64,000 nt of DNA from Pseudovirgaria hyperparasitica (lineage: Eukaryota), in NCBI GenBank assembly GCA_010093815.1, contig ML996566.1; one strand, 5' to 3'. Position numbers and translations under genes: made by a program. Under the pieces are notes generated by a model. It saw nothing but the letters and a program-made list of their open reading frames with translations, did not search any database and had not been told where the DNA came from. Below, in pieces: positions 25,201 through 38,632 of this stretch. Position 1 is the stretch's first letter, and each line of letters opens with the position of its first letter.

Positions 25201-28185
25201 AATGAGGCGTTGACGATTGACAGGTGTCAGGCGAAAGTGTCGCAACAAAGACTAAATGACGCCTTGTAGAATTGGAAGCTAATTAACTTCTATAGACGTA
25301 ATACACTTTCATCCTTAACAAGTCAACAATCCACTTTGACTTCTGCAGAGTGCAGTCAAAATTTTATCATTACCCCGCCATCTGCACCGTCGCACCTCGC
25401 AAGGGTCCAACACGCGCCGCGGAAGCACGCCGAGTTGGGCTCGCCGTTCACACACCCCTGATCCCTGCTTGCCGCCGGCATAGAACTGTCTCGTATACCC
25501 TCGTTTAGGCATAGGCTGTTTGCTGTAGCCTAGCCTGGGACAAACATGTGAGCTCTTCGCTCGGGTCGTTTCTTTCTTGCTGACTGCATCACTGGTGGAT
25601 ATAAGATCGAAATACCACTATCCTAGTTGCTCACAACTAGGACCGTGGCCTATGAGTGGGGGAGAAGAAGTGATGAGTATCAAGCTGCCGCAGGTTTACC
25701 ATTCCTTCTGTGTAGAGGGCCGCGTGCGAAGTTTGTCTTTTCGGAGCGATATGCATGATGCATCAACACGATAGATGGGTTATCCATGTCGTACAAACTC
25801 CAACGGCGTTTGGCTTTTACTTTTGACGTCTTCCGAGCTGGTATGCCTGGTGTATTTTGACAGATAAGCTTTCCATGCCGGCAATTTGAAGCGTGAGCAT
25901 GAACTGCATTTCGGAAGCAGCGGTGTACGATGTTTAGGATACCCCTGTTATTGTGCATGTGTTTGTTGTCGATCCAGGTACATGTCGATGACCGCTTCGG
26001 ACTTCTTCTTGTAGTGTTGAATTGAAAAGTTTGTTTTATGGAGAGATGAGATTGACTTTTTGTGAGAGGTTGAGTGGTTCTGGAAGTCTCTGTACTCCGA
26101 TCGCGGATTCTAGGATGGTGGTTTGATGATGCCTTGAGGGTATGAAGACATATATGTTCAAGTTTCAACTGTATATATGCAGGTAACGTGCAAGCCGGTA
26201 GTCAGTACTCCTTGTATGGCTAGAGATGACCGGAGAACCCTTGCCACCATCAGACGCACTAAACCTTTTGTTGATGTGACATGTTTTAGAATCATATATC
26301 ACGACCTCTGTCGCTTAACTTTCAGCTTTCACACTATCAGGTGTTTGCTTTCTCTAGCCCCTTGTATGATGCTATAAAACATCTATCACTGGGGTATTCC
26401 ACTCCGGAGTAATTATCAAACAGACGAACCTCCGTGCTTCTCATACTACTTCAAGCCCCTGACTTCTTCCACTCGATGTCCTTACTCCGTCATAACACCA
26501 CAACCACGATCTCAGACGCCAGCGGCTTCTTCTACGTGCTCGCTATCAACTTTGCAGGTCTTTCCGCACAAATGTGATTTGTCCGCCATTCAATTTTGTC
26601 TGCGCCACCTTCTCGACTTTCGCCTCACTGAACCCCCCGTCTGCGCTCACATCGAGAACGACTCGTCAAGGACGTGTCCGCGCGATGCAGTGTGTAATTA
26701 ATGCCATTATAGCGGAAAGTTGACGCCGCATCGATCGAATCCATGCAATACGTGGTCAGGAATAGTATGCACATGCAGCACTCAAGCCAGCGCTGAAAGA
26801 TAGCCAAAGACTTGTAGCACTCGAGTAACACATCTGTCATCGAGCAGCAGTATCGCTATCCTGTTTTCCATCTCTGACAATAAGCGTAGAGCTTATAGGT
26901 ATAGATTATGTACTGCGCTGGGGCAGCTTGAGGTCTGTGGTAGTAGTGACTGAGAGTAGTATATTGATCGGATCATTCAGGCCAAAGCTGATGTAAGTGG
27001 AGGTGTTGATGATGGTCCTACTGTTTACGTTGAGATGGAGTAGCTGACATGAGCTGCGAAGAAATGCGTTGCTATCATAGGTATAGTATCAAAGTGGTAA
27101 CCCTTGTAGCATTTGAATGACCCGGTGATGTTATTCAAGGTCATCAGATTGGGTTGTGGTCCCCAAAACCCTCGTCAGACGATCAAGCGGTCCTTTGTAG
27201 GAGTTCTTAATGATATGAATGGAACGAGTAGGAGCAATAACTTGAGTGTTAAACCGCTGTGGCCCCAGCTAAACGTCATTGGTGTCAGGGGTCTATGTGG
27301 CAACTGATACAGGTACTGGCAGGAGTCTCGGTAGTGTAAGATATTCTTACGTAGACTCTGAAGAGGTTTCAGCGACTTCGATACGCGATTGACAGTATAT
27401 GGAACTAAGTGGATTTGCAGAGCAGTGAAGAAACGGAGTCATCTTGCTAGGCCTCTATCAAAGTAAACAAGAGAATAGCCTAATCAAAGATGAGCCACCG
27501 CCTCCATACTGGAAAGACATGTCAAAGTCTGGGACAGGTTAAATGAGTCAAGCAGAGTATGCAAGGCACGAAAAGTGTAAAGCTTGAGTGATAATGTACA
27601 ACTTTGCAAGAAAATTGTAGAGCTTATAGTCTGACTACATGATGTAGAAGTGTTATCATTTGGTACTATCGTTGAAGGGTTTTATAGTCTGGCTTTCTTG
27701 AGAGCATGCAATACTAAGTCTGCGAGGCTAGAGATGGTACTCCATCGTCTTTTGAAGGTGGCACAACCATCCCGCTCGCAATGTATCCGCCAATGCATAC
27801 AAGCTCTTGATGGTCGAACGCAGCTCATAGCCTCATACGCATCAGAATTGGAGGACATGGCGATGTGATAACTACCAAGAGCTGAAGCTGCCTGCCTGAT
27901 AATGGCTTCATGAATGATACATATCTAGATAGGAACAGCATAGACAGGGGAAGTCCGAAGAACTCAAGGCGATTACCTTGTATTGAAAGCTGACGTCAGC
28001 CACCCGCCCGTGGATCCATCCGGGAACACCCACGCTTACCGGCTTAGTCCTAGCAACCGGAGTTCTGCTGCTAGCCAATCGCTCCACGCCATTCTCCGCA
28101 AGCAACAACGCCTCCAAAGAGTGACACGACAAAGAGTACTTCTGCCCTACAAACCTACAAACACGCTTAGCGCGTTCAGCCCACG

Positions 28186-29423
28186 ATGATACCCATCATC
28201 GCCGAAATATTCAACAGGGGCATCTCAGGCGTTCCATCTCTCTTTAATGTCCTCAAGTACGTATCATGGCTCGTGGTCATCTTCGTAATGAAATGGTACT
28301 TTGGAGGAGCTGTCAACAAATCCGAGAGGAACATGCACGGGAAAGTGGTGATGATTACTGCAAGTTTCTGTTAACGACTTGATATATACCAACTAACCAC
28401 TCGGTGTAGGGTGGAACTTCAGGCATTGGTGCTCATGTAGCTGAAGGTCTTGCAAAACGAGGCGCCCAACTTGTTCTTTTGACGCAGCATGCACTCTCCG
28501 ATCCTTTCATGGTCGACTACGTTATGGACCTCCGACTGCGAACAAACAATCAGCTCATCACTGCTGAGTGCGTGAACTTGGCATCTCTCCACAGCATTCG
28601 GCAGTTCGCGACAAAATGGGTAGACAATGCTCCTCCCAGGAGATTGGACATGATCATACTTTGCGCGAACAATTCTTCCCCTGGCAAGAGAAAGGTGTTC
28701 AGCGAGGATGGATTGGAATATGATCTGGCCGTAAATTACCTCTCAAACTTTCACCTCCTCAGCATCCTTAGTCCTGCTATTCGAGCTCAACCCCCCGATC
28801 GAGACGTTCGCATCATATTTGGCACATGTAGCTCATACCTGGGAGGGTCTCTCCCAAACTTTGCGGAACACATTGCGGTGGATGGGGTATCGCAGAAGCA
28901 ATCAAAGAAAGAGGAGTTCAAGAGCCCAAATGTGGCTACGTACACATCATCATCGTACCAGATTTCAAAGCTCTCGCTTATGATCTTTGCAACTGCTTTC
29001 CAAAAGCTGCTTAATGCGTATGTGAGACCAGATAAGCATGCCAACAATGCTCGTGTGGTTATGGTGGACCCGGGCTGGTCTCGCACACCAGGCATGAGGC
29101 GCCACATTAGTAATGGTAGTCTCCTAGGTCTCTTCCTATATCTATTGACCTGGCCCGTTTGGTGGCTAGTCTTGAAAAGCCCCGAGCAAGGTGCTCAGAC
29201 TTTCTTGTATGCAGCCATGGAAGCAAATTGGGGTAAGGGCGAAGGCGGCAAGTTCTTGAAAGAGTGTAGAGAGATGCTGCCGTTGAAGAACGAGATATTC
29301 GACGAGGCTATACAGAAGAAGCTCTGGGAGGCTAGTGAGAAGACAATCGAAACTTTGGAAAAACAGGGTGCTTTGAAGCGGGCTCAGGCAAAGAAAGAGG
29401 CCACTGCCAAGCAAAAACAATGA
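28186..29423 (+). CDS. Short-chain dehydrogenase/reductase, PBR1/YNL181W-like, with N-terminal membrane anchor
   Basis: Removing intron 28360-28409 gives GKVVMIT-GGTSGIG (Rossmann motif). Also NAPPRRLDMIILCA, VNYLSNFHLL, YQISK (YxxxK) and VDPGWSRTP. Confidence 0.88.
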
Positions 29424-29512
29424 AACTCAGCCCTCGTCAACATCAGGCTCGAATATCGCACAATATCGACTACACGCTTCGAAGGTGTAGCCACATACCT
29501 CACGCTCTGTCA

Positions 29513-30470
29513 TCAGACCACATCCAGTATACTCTGACAACGACGAAGAAATCCACGAACTTTACCCTCTTCGTGGAAAGCATCGTTGTATGTTGCACTG
29601 AGGCTTAGCTCACCATTCCACACACCGAGAAAAACACCAAAGCCGGTGCCTAATTCCTCCCCGGTCGCCCACGGGTCGTCAATGTCAAAGTCGCCACATT
29701 TAATCTGTATGATCCGTTCGAGAACCTCCATACTCGATATGGATACCGGTGATCTTTGGTTCGGCGAAGGTAGAGGAGGGGGGCTTCCAATTCGGTACAG
29801 CTCTGTGTAGGTAGTCCAGTGCGAAGTGACCATAGCTAAGTCATCTTTACTGCTTCGTATAGTAGTGTAGAAGGACTGGATCTCGCCGAGTACCCTCAAA
29901 TATCCAACCTTTCTGTTGGTCTGATGTCTGGCTTTGCTCGTCTTCTCGTAGAACAGCAATAGCTGGCACGTCAACATCTACAATGAATTATCGACCTAAG
30001 ACGGAATGATATACAGCTACGGATGTTCTGGACCGTTGTAGGGGCTTTGGCAAATGGACGCTCGATAACCAGGCAATGATCAATACATTATAGTAATCGA
30101 GGGGTTTTGCCCCCGAGTCTGGAGATGGGTTTAAAGGTTACTCTCAACCATTGCTCTCTGTTCTCCTCGCTGATCCAAGTCTTGTGCTTCATAGGCCTTC
30201 TTCAAGAACGGGCACACGATCACGCTATACAATACATACGATAGTAGGATGATCGTAGCGCAGCCTCAGCTACGCTATCTGAAGCGACGCTTCGATTCGC
30301 GACCTGCCTTGTATGGAGCCGTCCTATGACCTCAGCTCGGCTGAAACTGTTATGGAGCCCGTTATCGCGGGGGCCTTTCGACCCCTCCTTTAATTCACTG
30401 GTGCCAGAAATGTGTAGAACTGTTCTGCCTCATCAACCTCACATCCACAGTAGCCAGGCACAATCTCTTG
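29513..30470 (-). pseudogene. Decayed CoA-dependent acyltransferase (Tri3/condensation-like family) pseudogene
   Basis: Ordered fragments on the - strand: EVDEAEQFYTFLA (~30400-30440), A*LRLRYDHPTI (TAG where W is expected, ~30240-30280), EQWLRVTFKPIS, and a C-terminus PWATGEELGTGFGVFLGVWNGELSLSATYNDAFH. Stops and frameshifts lie between them. The family call is from recall. Confidence 0.6.
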
Positions 30471-31049
30471 TAGGCAGCAAAAGAAAGCAGCAAACAAGAG
30501 CACTAGCTGCTTCCCTTGAACTTCACATATATTTTATGTAAGCCAGCTGAGATATCACCTTCAGCTGCCCGGATGACTCTCTGCGCTTTGTGCGAGTCAG
30601 CAATACCCCTCTACAGTGGACCGCCTTCCCTTGCCATTCTCCCAATACCAAGAGGAGGAGAACACAGTACACTTCATCCTCTCTTGCTCACTGTCGCTCT
30701 CTCGCTCGCTCCGATGTTGAACCGCCTCTACCACTTAATACCCCGCCATATAGTCAAAGCAATCGAGCCGGCCAATCACGAGGTCATCTAAAACGCCCGT
30801 TTAGGTAATAATTATCTCAGCCCTTGCCCAGTTCGGTATAGATAGCAATCGACTGATCCGAAGGCTTTATATAAACATCAAAGGAGCTTCCTCGCTATCA
30901 CTCCCGGTCTTTGTAGTGCTAAAATCGTATATATATATATATGCAATTGCGCTTATAAACCGTGACCCGGAGATCTGGAGAAGTTGTACTTGAGTTCCAG
31001 TTCAACCATCACTGTCTCTCCTATACGTCATTCCAGCTGAGCCGCCGCC

Positions 31050-31863
31050 ATGGCTTCAACCAAGAAGGACCCGGAGCAGATTGCTCTGGCAAAAACATTG
31101 AATCACGTCCCTTGGTGTGATCACTATGAGCGCATGATCTCAGGCATGCTGTACGTCGCGTCAACCCATCCTCCCATATCACTCTTCACCTCCCTTCCTA
31201 TCGACCCACCTCTCCGACGCTCACGTCATCTACAGCTACGACCCCTTCACGCCCGAACTCAAGGCGGCACGCTTCAGGGCCCGCGCCTGGGCCCACAAAT
31301 ACAACAACTGGTTTCCTGACACCGATCCTGCTGCAGACTTCGACTCTCTCGCCGCGGAGCGGAAAACACAGCTTGAAAACATCATTGGCTCTGTCGGACC
31401 AGACCCTTTCATCGAGACCCCCTTTCGCATCGACTACGGCTGCAATATCAGCATTGGTCCACGCTTCTATGCTAACTTCAACCTCACAATCCTCGACTGC
31501 GGGCTCGTCACGATTGGGGCGCGCGCCATGTTTGGGCCTAATGTGAGCATCTTTGCTGCCACGCATGAGGTCGAGGTGGAGTCTAGAAGGAACGATATAG
31601 AGTATGCGGGGAGTGTGGTGATTGGTGATGATTTTTGGTGTGGCGGGCATGTGGTTATTATGCCTGGTGTGAAAATTGGGGATGGAGTTACGATTGGAGC
31701 AGGGAGTGTAGTTACGAAGGATATCGAGGGGTGGTGTGTTGCTGTGGGTAGTCCGGCTCGAGTTGTGAAGAAAGTGAAGAAGTTGGAGCCGTGGACTGAG
31801 GAGGGGGCGAAGCTGAAGGAGGACGTCGAGGCTCAGAAGGCGGTCGCTGAAGGCAAGGAGTGA
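31050..31863 (+). CDS. Maltose/galactoside O-acetyltransferase family (Mac domain + hexapeptide repeats)
   Basis: YERMISGML|YDPFTPEL (intron 31151-31235), IETPFRIDYGCNI, NFNLTILDC, FGPNVSIFAATH, PGVKIGDGVTIGAGSVVTKDI, VGSPARVVK. Confidence 0.92.
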
Positions 31864-32560
31864 AGTGGGAAATGGTATGATCTCAAGCGGTACATGAAAT
31901 AGTCCACTATGGGTGTAAGTACATATAACAGTGAGCTAATATCACCATCAGAAATATCTCCTTCTATACATCATTGTTAGGAACACTTTTCAACCTTATC
32001 GTGAAAACATCTCCGCAGATGCGCGTAAGGGAGACGACACTTACTCATTTGTATACGATGCCGAGGTTGACAACTACGTCAATGACGTGACGGAATAGAC
32101 TTGGGACACGATCATTGCGCAACACTATAGGATTCCAGCGGAGTACGATATCTCCAACGATATGCTTAATGGTATCTAGTCGAGATCAGACCAGAATTCA
32201 TTCCTCGGAAACGTAAATTTCGGGAGGCAGATTGGATAGATCAATTACTAGACCATAGGGCGCGTTTTGATGAATATACTTAAGTAGAACGCCCTTTGAG
32301 AGGACGTGTTGTGAGAAGTTTATCATACAGCTATACATCTGATCTCGATGTACCTTTGCAGCCTCTGTACAATGTCCAAACGACTATGTACAGACGCTAC
32401 TATTCCTCTTTGGTAAACTGTGAGAATGTTCTTATAACAGAAGGACTTACATTGATTCTAAGTGTGTGGAGGTTGTTAATCGAGTTTTCATACGAAATAC
32501 CACCTTGAGTGATTTCCCGGGCTAGGCCTGGATAGTTAGCGATATAGTATCATTCGTAAT

Positions 32561-34155
32561 CTATGAAGATTGCAGCTGAGCACAAGGAGCGTCGTAGTCG
32601 GTTGGATCATCAAATTCCACACTTGCGGTTTGATTCGAAAACAGCCGGACGAGAGTTTTTCCTACGACACAACAACAGTCAGCAACATCAACAACGCTCT
32701 CGGTGCACAAAAAACATACCTTCACCCGTATACCTCGGCCATCCAAACCTCTCCAACCCATTCACGGGATCCCTCACAAATGCTGCAATAGCCGCTCTCA
32801 GATACCTGCCGGCCTCCAGTGCCTCCTTACTCGGCTCCTCCCAAGCAAAAAGCTGTTCTCCCGAAAAGATTAGATTATTGTCTGATCCATGATAGCTGCG
32901 GATCCAATCGTAGGGTCTCGTCGCATCGAACACCCCATCGAACAAGTATCGCCACGTCGGCACCCCCTGCGCAGCCCAGTACCCAGCCGCCGCTGCAACC
33001 GGACAATGCTGACCTGTCAACGTGATCAGATCTGAGAGAGTATGATTCACTCCCACCACCGGATCCGCCGGGAGGATACTGTCAGATTCGTGCGTTGTGT
33101 GCGTTACTAGGAGAGGTAGCTTTGCAAATGCGCCCTCACGCCCACGTCGCGCAATCTCCGACGGATCGAACACAGTCACATTGTCTACGACTGGCGCTCC
33201 CGCAGCAACACCCTCTGCGATCGTAGGTGTGTTATTGGGCGTGATGGCGCGCTTGAGCGAGCGTGGTGGCAGGGCACGTAAACATGCTACCTCAGCGAGT
33301 CTATTCTCAGTGTTTGCACAGCCTGTGGTGTTGGCAACGTGTTCCCACGATGAGCCGTCGTCCGAAGGGATCAGGCCGGGCTGGCCACTCAGCTCGATTA
33401 GAGAGCTGACGATGGGGTCCTCTACATGTGCGTAGGATAGGAGTGCTGCGGAGATGGAGCCTGCCGAGTGGCCCATGAGTGTCATGCGGGATGGGTCGCC
33501 GCCGAAGGACGCGATGTTTGTACGCAGCCATTCAAGAGCGAGACGTTGGTCGAGCAGACCGATGTTCTTTGTCGTAAGGGCTGGTGTATTCGGGAAGCCA
33601 AAGATGTTTACCCGGTAGCTGAGAATTGATCAGTGGTAAAGCCTTTAAGGGCGGAGTCCAGGCGTACTTAATGCTGGCGAAGATAATGTCTCTCTGCTCA
33701 GATACGAAGCGGCGTGCATCATATGGTGCGAGAGAGTTTCCACCAGATATAAAGCCACCGCCGTAGAGCCAGGCGATTACTGGAAGATTGCCAGTTGCAT
33801 TCGAGGGCTTCCAGAGGTTTATTGTGAGGCAATCTTCGGCCTCTGATACGCCTGAGTACTTATCGGAAGCAGATGTGATATATGAGATTTGGTAGCATGT
33901 TGGTGGGGTCTGTGTGGTGTCTAGGACCTCATCTGGAGACTTTGGTTCGAAAGGAGCGGGAGGAGCAAAACGTAGATCTCCTACTGGTGGCTGAGCGAAT
34001 GGAATGCCGAAGAAAGCGTCGACGCCTGGATATGGAGAGAAGCCTTGCAGAATGCCTGATGTGGTATTGAGTCTTAAAGTACTGCTAGAGACACTAGTCA
34101 AGCTGGTAAGGATGACAAGTGCGATGTGATTTCTCAACAGTCGAGCGAAGACCAT
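32561..34155 (-). CDS. Secreted type-B carboxylesterase/lipase (alpha/beta hydrolase)
   Basis: Signal peptide, GIPFAQPPVGDLRF, EDCLTINLW, WLYGGGF, NYRV (spliced), FGGDP, catalytic GHSAG and His in YHGSD. Two introns (~33620-33667, ~32660-32718). Confidence 0.9.
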
Positions 34156-35496
34156 TGTCAAAGCGGAGGATTACTGAAAGAACGAACTCATGAATTAATT
34201 TAATAGAAAACAACCAAGTAGATTTGGAGATTAGTGGGAGGACAAGGAGACCATTTTGTAATCTGATATCCCGCACGGACAGTGTAAGCTACACTACCCA
34301 GTAGTATAAACGGTGTTATAGTATGAATAGGTTAGATCAGGAACAGCTACTTTTCAGCCAATCACGACTCGTTGTATACGAGGACTATGCGAGCATACAA
34401 AGTCTGACTAAAAGCTCATTGCACACGGTTTCAGCTCCGTACGACGATCACTGGCGTACGTACTACCTAGATGTATTGTAAAGACCCCAAGAGATACTTG
34501 AATAGGATCTATCGTGGGAACTCAAACTTGAAAGATTTGGTTAGGATAGAGGCAAGGGAAAAGGGGTATGCTTAGTCATGCAAGTCGACCAATTGATGCC
34601 TGAGGCACATAAAGGTCTTCTTTTTTTTCTCTCCGGCCTGACTTTCAAGTGATGCCTTAATTCGGTACCTTTCGATGTGAATGTCACATCTAAACTAATT
34701 GATCAGCGACATATTTCGAGCGAGAGTAGAATATGATGACTTAAGGGCTGTTACGAGCATTACCATTGATATCATGCATGGCATGGGTTAGATCAGACTA
34801 GCTATTACGAACAGTGAATATCAAGGTAGACACGAATTTCAGTGAGATCTAGATTGTGGATCTAGCGACCTTGTCAAAGGACGATCAGATTGGTTTGATT
34901 CCAGGCATCGAGACGATTTTTGATATCGACCTGGCAATTACAACCACAACGAAGCCTGCTGTGTTGGAAGTTGATCGTGAATGACCTGAAGACATGAGAT
35001 GTGGCCATGGTCAAGGCAAGGAGTATAAAGATGGTATGGGAGCATACGGAGTGAGCGTCTCATCAACCGACTGGCAGGTCTGTAGATCCGGTTAGAGCAA
35101 TTTATAGATATCAATGTTTATGATAGCTCCTGACCTAAATATCTTTCCAAATTCAGGCCATGTATTCCTCGCAAAGTAATGATACTTAACAGTGCTCATT
35201 AGCAAAGACTCCTGAGTAGGTAAACCATTCCATAAGACTTATTCTTCCAATACATTTGCTCCGCTGGATATGGAAAAGGTTTAGTGTATATCTAAGCAAG
35301 AATGGGTGTTAAGTACTACAACGTGATTTAAATTATTCATCGGCGAGCAAATTTACAATTCACAGAGCAGAGCCCAGGAAATCTAAAGTCGAAAGAGATG
35401 AGTTTTCGCGCTTTGTACACTCAGAAGCCTTCTCAAAAAGGTTCTGCACTATATTCTTATCCTACACGCCAATGAATTCGCGTCAAAACCTCTAGA

Positions 35497-36029
35497 TTAC
35501 CTCATAGCAGCTGGAATGGGCACTCTCTTCCCAAAGGCTAGCGCAACCCACCCTCCGATCAGACAAAGTCCTCCAAGAGGGGTGATCGGACCAGCGATCT
35601 TGCCAAATCGCTGCGGATCGAGGACAAGCAGATACAGACTACCGCTGAACATGGTCATACCAGCAGTGAACAAGCCCGCAGCAAGTTTGTTACGCGGTGC
35701 GATTGCTGTGGTAAGAAGAAGGACTCCTGAATGGATAAGCTAAAGCTGTATCAGCTCATTCCGGTAAAGAGCGCGCTGTCTGGTTCCATGATGCATCTCC
35801 AAACACACGCGATAGTACTCTTTTGAGATACATGCTCCCGGAGAACCTAACAGATTGCACCCCCAAATAGGAAATTGTAAGATCGTACCTGATACTGCGC
35901 TGCTGTGCCCCAATTCGCTATCCTCGCTGGGTCCGTGATGCGTTTCTTAAGTCCATGCGCACCGAACGCGCCTAGCATCACCGCACTCGCGCCGTACAGC
36001 GAGCCGACGGTCCAGAAGAGAGGTGGCAT
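35497..36029 (-). CDS. DUF423 / TMEM256 family small membrane protein
   Basis: GAFGAHGLK, WGTAAQYQ|LIHS (intron ~35742-35888), FSGSLY, GPITPLGGLCLIGGW. Confidence 0.92.
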
Positions 36030-37253
36030 TATACACAAATCGCACGAATGACTCGTACGACAGTTGATGTGCAACAGTGTGCCTTATAGTAAGCTCTGCT
36101 ATAGGGTTGTCAATCAACGGCATGTCACGCGGAAGACACACAGCATTTACACGTTACCGACTCCGGGGGCGGATTCCGGGACACAGATGTGTTGGCGCGA
36201 TCGATCGAGTGGTCGATTCTCCGAATGAGGATGAGTGGTTGTGATGATGAACAATTTAGTCATGGATTGTATTCTGGTTGATGTTCCACGTCAGAGCGGA
36301 ATATTAGATTGACCGTCGCTAGCTAATACGGCCGTCTGGCTTGTAGCCCAAAATAGAAACATATCAGATTGTGCTTCTTCAGGACGTTTGCCAACTCTAC
36401 GAAGATCTGCGTAGCTCGCACGAGATAGTGTATCCAGTATCTCTTTCATCAATAGATAACTGTACTGTGACTCCACGCCTCCCATCGAGAATGACGATGC
36501 ACCGCCACAAGCCACACATTGCCACAAGGGGTCGTGGCTGAGCCGAGGATCAACAAAGATCTTTCGTTCGAAGACCCTCGATTGTTCTCTATTCGTGTTC
36601 TCATCTCCGCACACGAGAACCAGGACAAAACCGGTCGTCGAGGCTGAGCAAGGCTTAAACTTACCTCACCGCTCGCACATCACTCTGCGTTGCGCCAAAA
36701 GCAAGGCAGTGAAGCATGCCAATCCCGCCCCCGCCAAGAACGCCCGAGGCGTCAGGGATACGAGGGCTTAGTTGCATCTAAGGTTCATACCAAGCTACAT
36801 ACTTACAGTGGGAAACGAAGGTGCCAACAGATACTGCGAACATCGCCATTCAAGCGGCGTGAACAAAATGAACAACAGGGAAATGAGCCGTCGATTTACG
36901 CTTGCGGAATGGTTTACGCCAGAAGCTTCGCCGGAATCGACATAGCTGTTCCGCCCCCAGCTCGAACCGACTCCTTGCCTGACGATCTGCCAAGCAGGAA
37001 TGAGCGCATCGATGTCACGGTGTGGCTGTCGGCCTGTCACAAAGACAGCACTTTCCATGAATGGGTGGAATATCTTACGGCCCCAGGATCACGGCGCAGG
37101 GCAAGCATGAGGATATATATACGCCCGCGTGCCTCCCTTTGAACAACAAGTATCTTCCTCCACTCCTCACTTCCTGACAACCTTGTACGCCACAAACACC
37201 TATTCATATACATATTCGAACGACCTACATCGTTGACATCAACGTTATACACA

Positions 37254-37472
37254 ATGTCTCTCTCCGCAAATACCCAAGCTCGCTTCTACTTTGCGCTTCT
37301 CCTCGTCCTACAAGTACTCGCCCCGCTCGTCGAGGCCAAGAAGGGCAAGGGTGGCTCTGGAGGCGGTGGTGGTGGTGACGAGGAGGGTGCTGGCGCGATG
37401 ACGAGCCCGAACGCGCTGTTGGCTGTTGCGCCGGTCGCAGTCATGGTGGCCTGGGGTTTGATGAGAGAGTAA
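37254..37472 (+). CDS. Very small secreted, probably GPI-anchored or membrane-tethered Gly-rich protein (72 aa)
   Basis: CACA-ATG start, signal peptide ending LVEA, KKGKGGSGGGGGGDEEG linker and a hydrophobic C-terminus. A canonical intron (GTGAGT..CTGAC..TAG, 37476-37528) lies just after the stop. Confidence 0.65.
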   Translation: MSLSANTQARFYFALLLVLQVLAPLVEAKKGKGGSGGGGGGDEEGAGAMTSPNALLAVAPVAVMVAWGLMRE

Positions 37473-38632
37473 ATTGTGAGTGCACCTGGACGGTTGTGGT
37501 TAGGAGTTTGGCTGACAAGTTGTGATAGAAATACATGCTATCCTATTGCGGCATGCTGCTGGGACCTAAATGATAATTATGAGGAGGAGTTTTGATATCT
37601 TGGTCGTTGGAATAAGCGGGAGCAAACCGGAATGCCGAGATACCCGTAACATGGACACGAACGTACTCTCCACCCTATCATCATACTTGTTTCGAAGTTA
37701 GCATTTGCAACCAAGCAATATCATTCATTTACAACCCAACTTGTCCGTCTGCTCTGTGACTAGTGTACTATCTAGACTGTGATTAGTCAAAGTCATTCTT
37801 CAGTGTCATCTTACCCTACTGCGACCCCGGTAAGGTAAAGCAACAGGATCTGACAATGCCGTTGCTGTAGTAGCTGCTCTGTACTCTATTCTATCCATGA
37901 TATGTATCTATACTTACATTTCTCTGTTCTGCCATGATGCACTTGAAATGGTATACACCTGACCACACCATACCCTGATACTCTCCGTCTTTGTGCTATA
38001 TTGTCCTGGTCGTTCGAGCTTTCAGCCCCCTGGGAACTGGGCTCAAGATGTGAATCATTCTTGTCGTAATAGTACCCCTCAAAAACGCTCTGTTAATCCC
38101 CTTGACACCTCCCAATCTAGCTTAACTACTCTCTTGATCCACACCAAACCATGAAGCCTTCAAACATACCTTGGTAATGTTATGTAAACACTGTCCGATT
38201 GGGCCGCTGACATGGTGAGGCGGAATTAAGGCAATAGTAAGAGCGTGGAGGCATATAGTGACCCTGGTATTGGCCCCGAAAGTCAGTCTAAGATTGGTAT
38301 TTATATATATACATATGTATAGATGAGCGACTTTGGACTGCGACTGGTGCAGTCCATCATGCCCGGCACTGGCACACGATATATGCCGGTATTGTACCAC
38401 TGCTGATCTCTTCGAAAATCGTGGGTACCACTTTTATTCGGGACGACACAAGGCCTCGACCCTACTGGAACCAATATTCTCAGCATACACTTTCCAAAGC
38501 GACTATGAGTTCGTCGTTTGGATGTGTACTCGAGAAGAGAAGCTCGAATAACGCTGTCCTGTTACATAATCCAGTAACACGTACATAATGCCTTCCATCA
38601 ATCGAAGTGCAACGGTCATGTTCTCCACGATC

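Noticed and set aside
34860..35050. Short protein-like stretch (…TTKPAVLEV…) suggesting a gene relic
   Set aside because: Too short and interrupted to assign.
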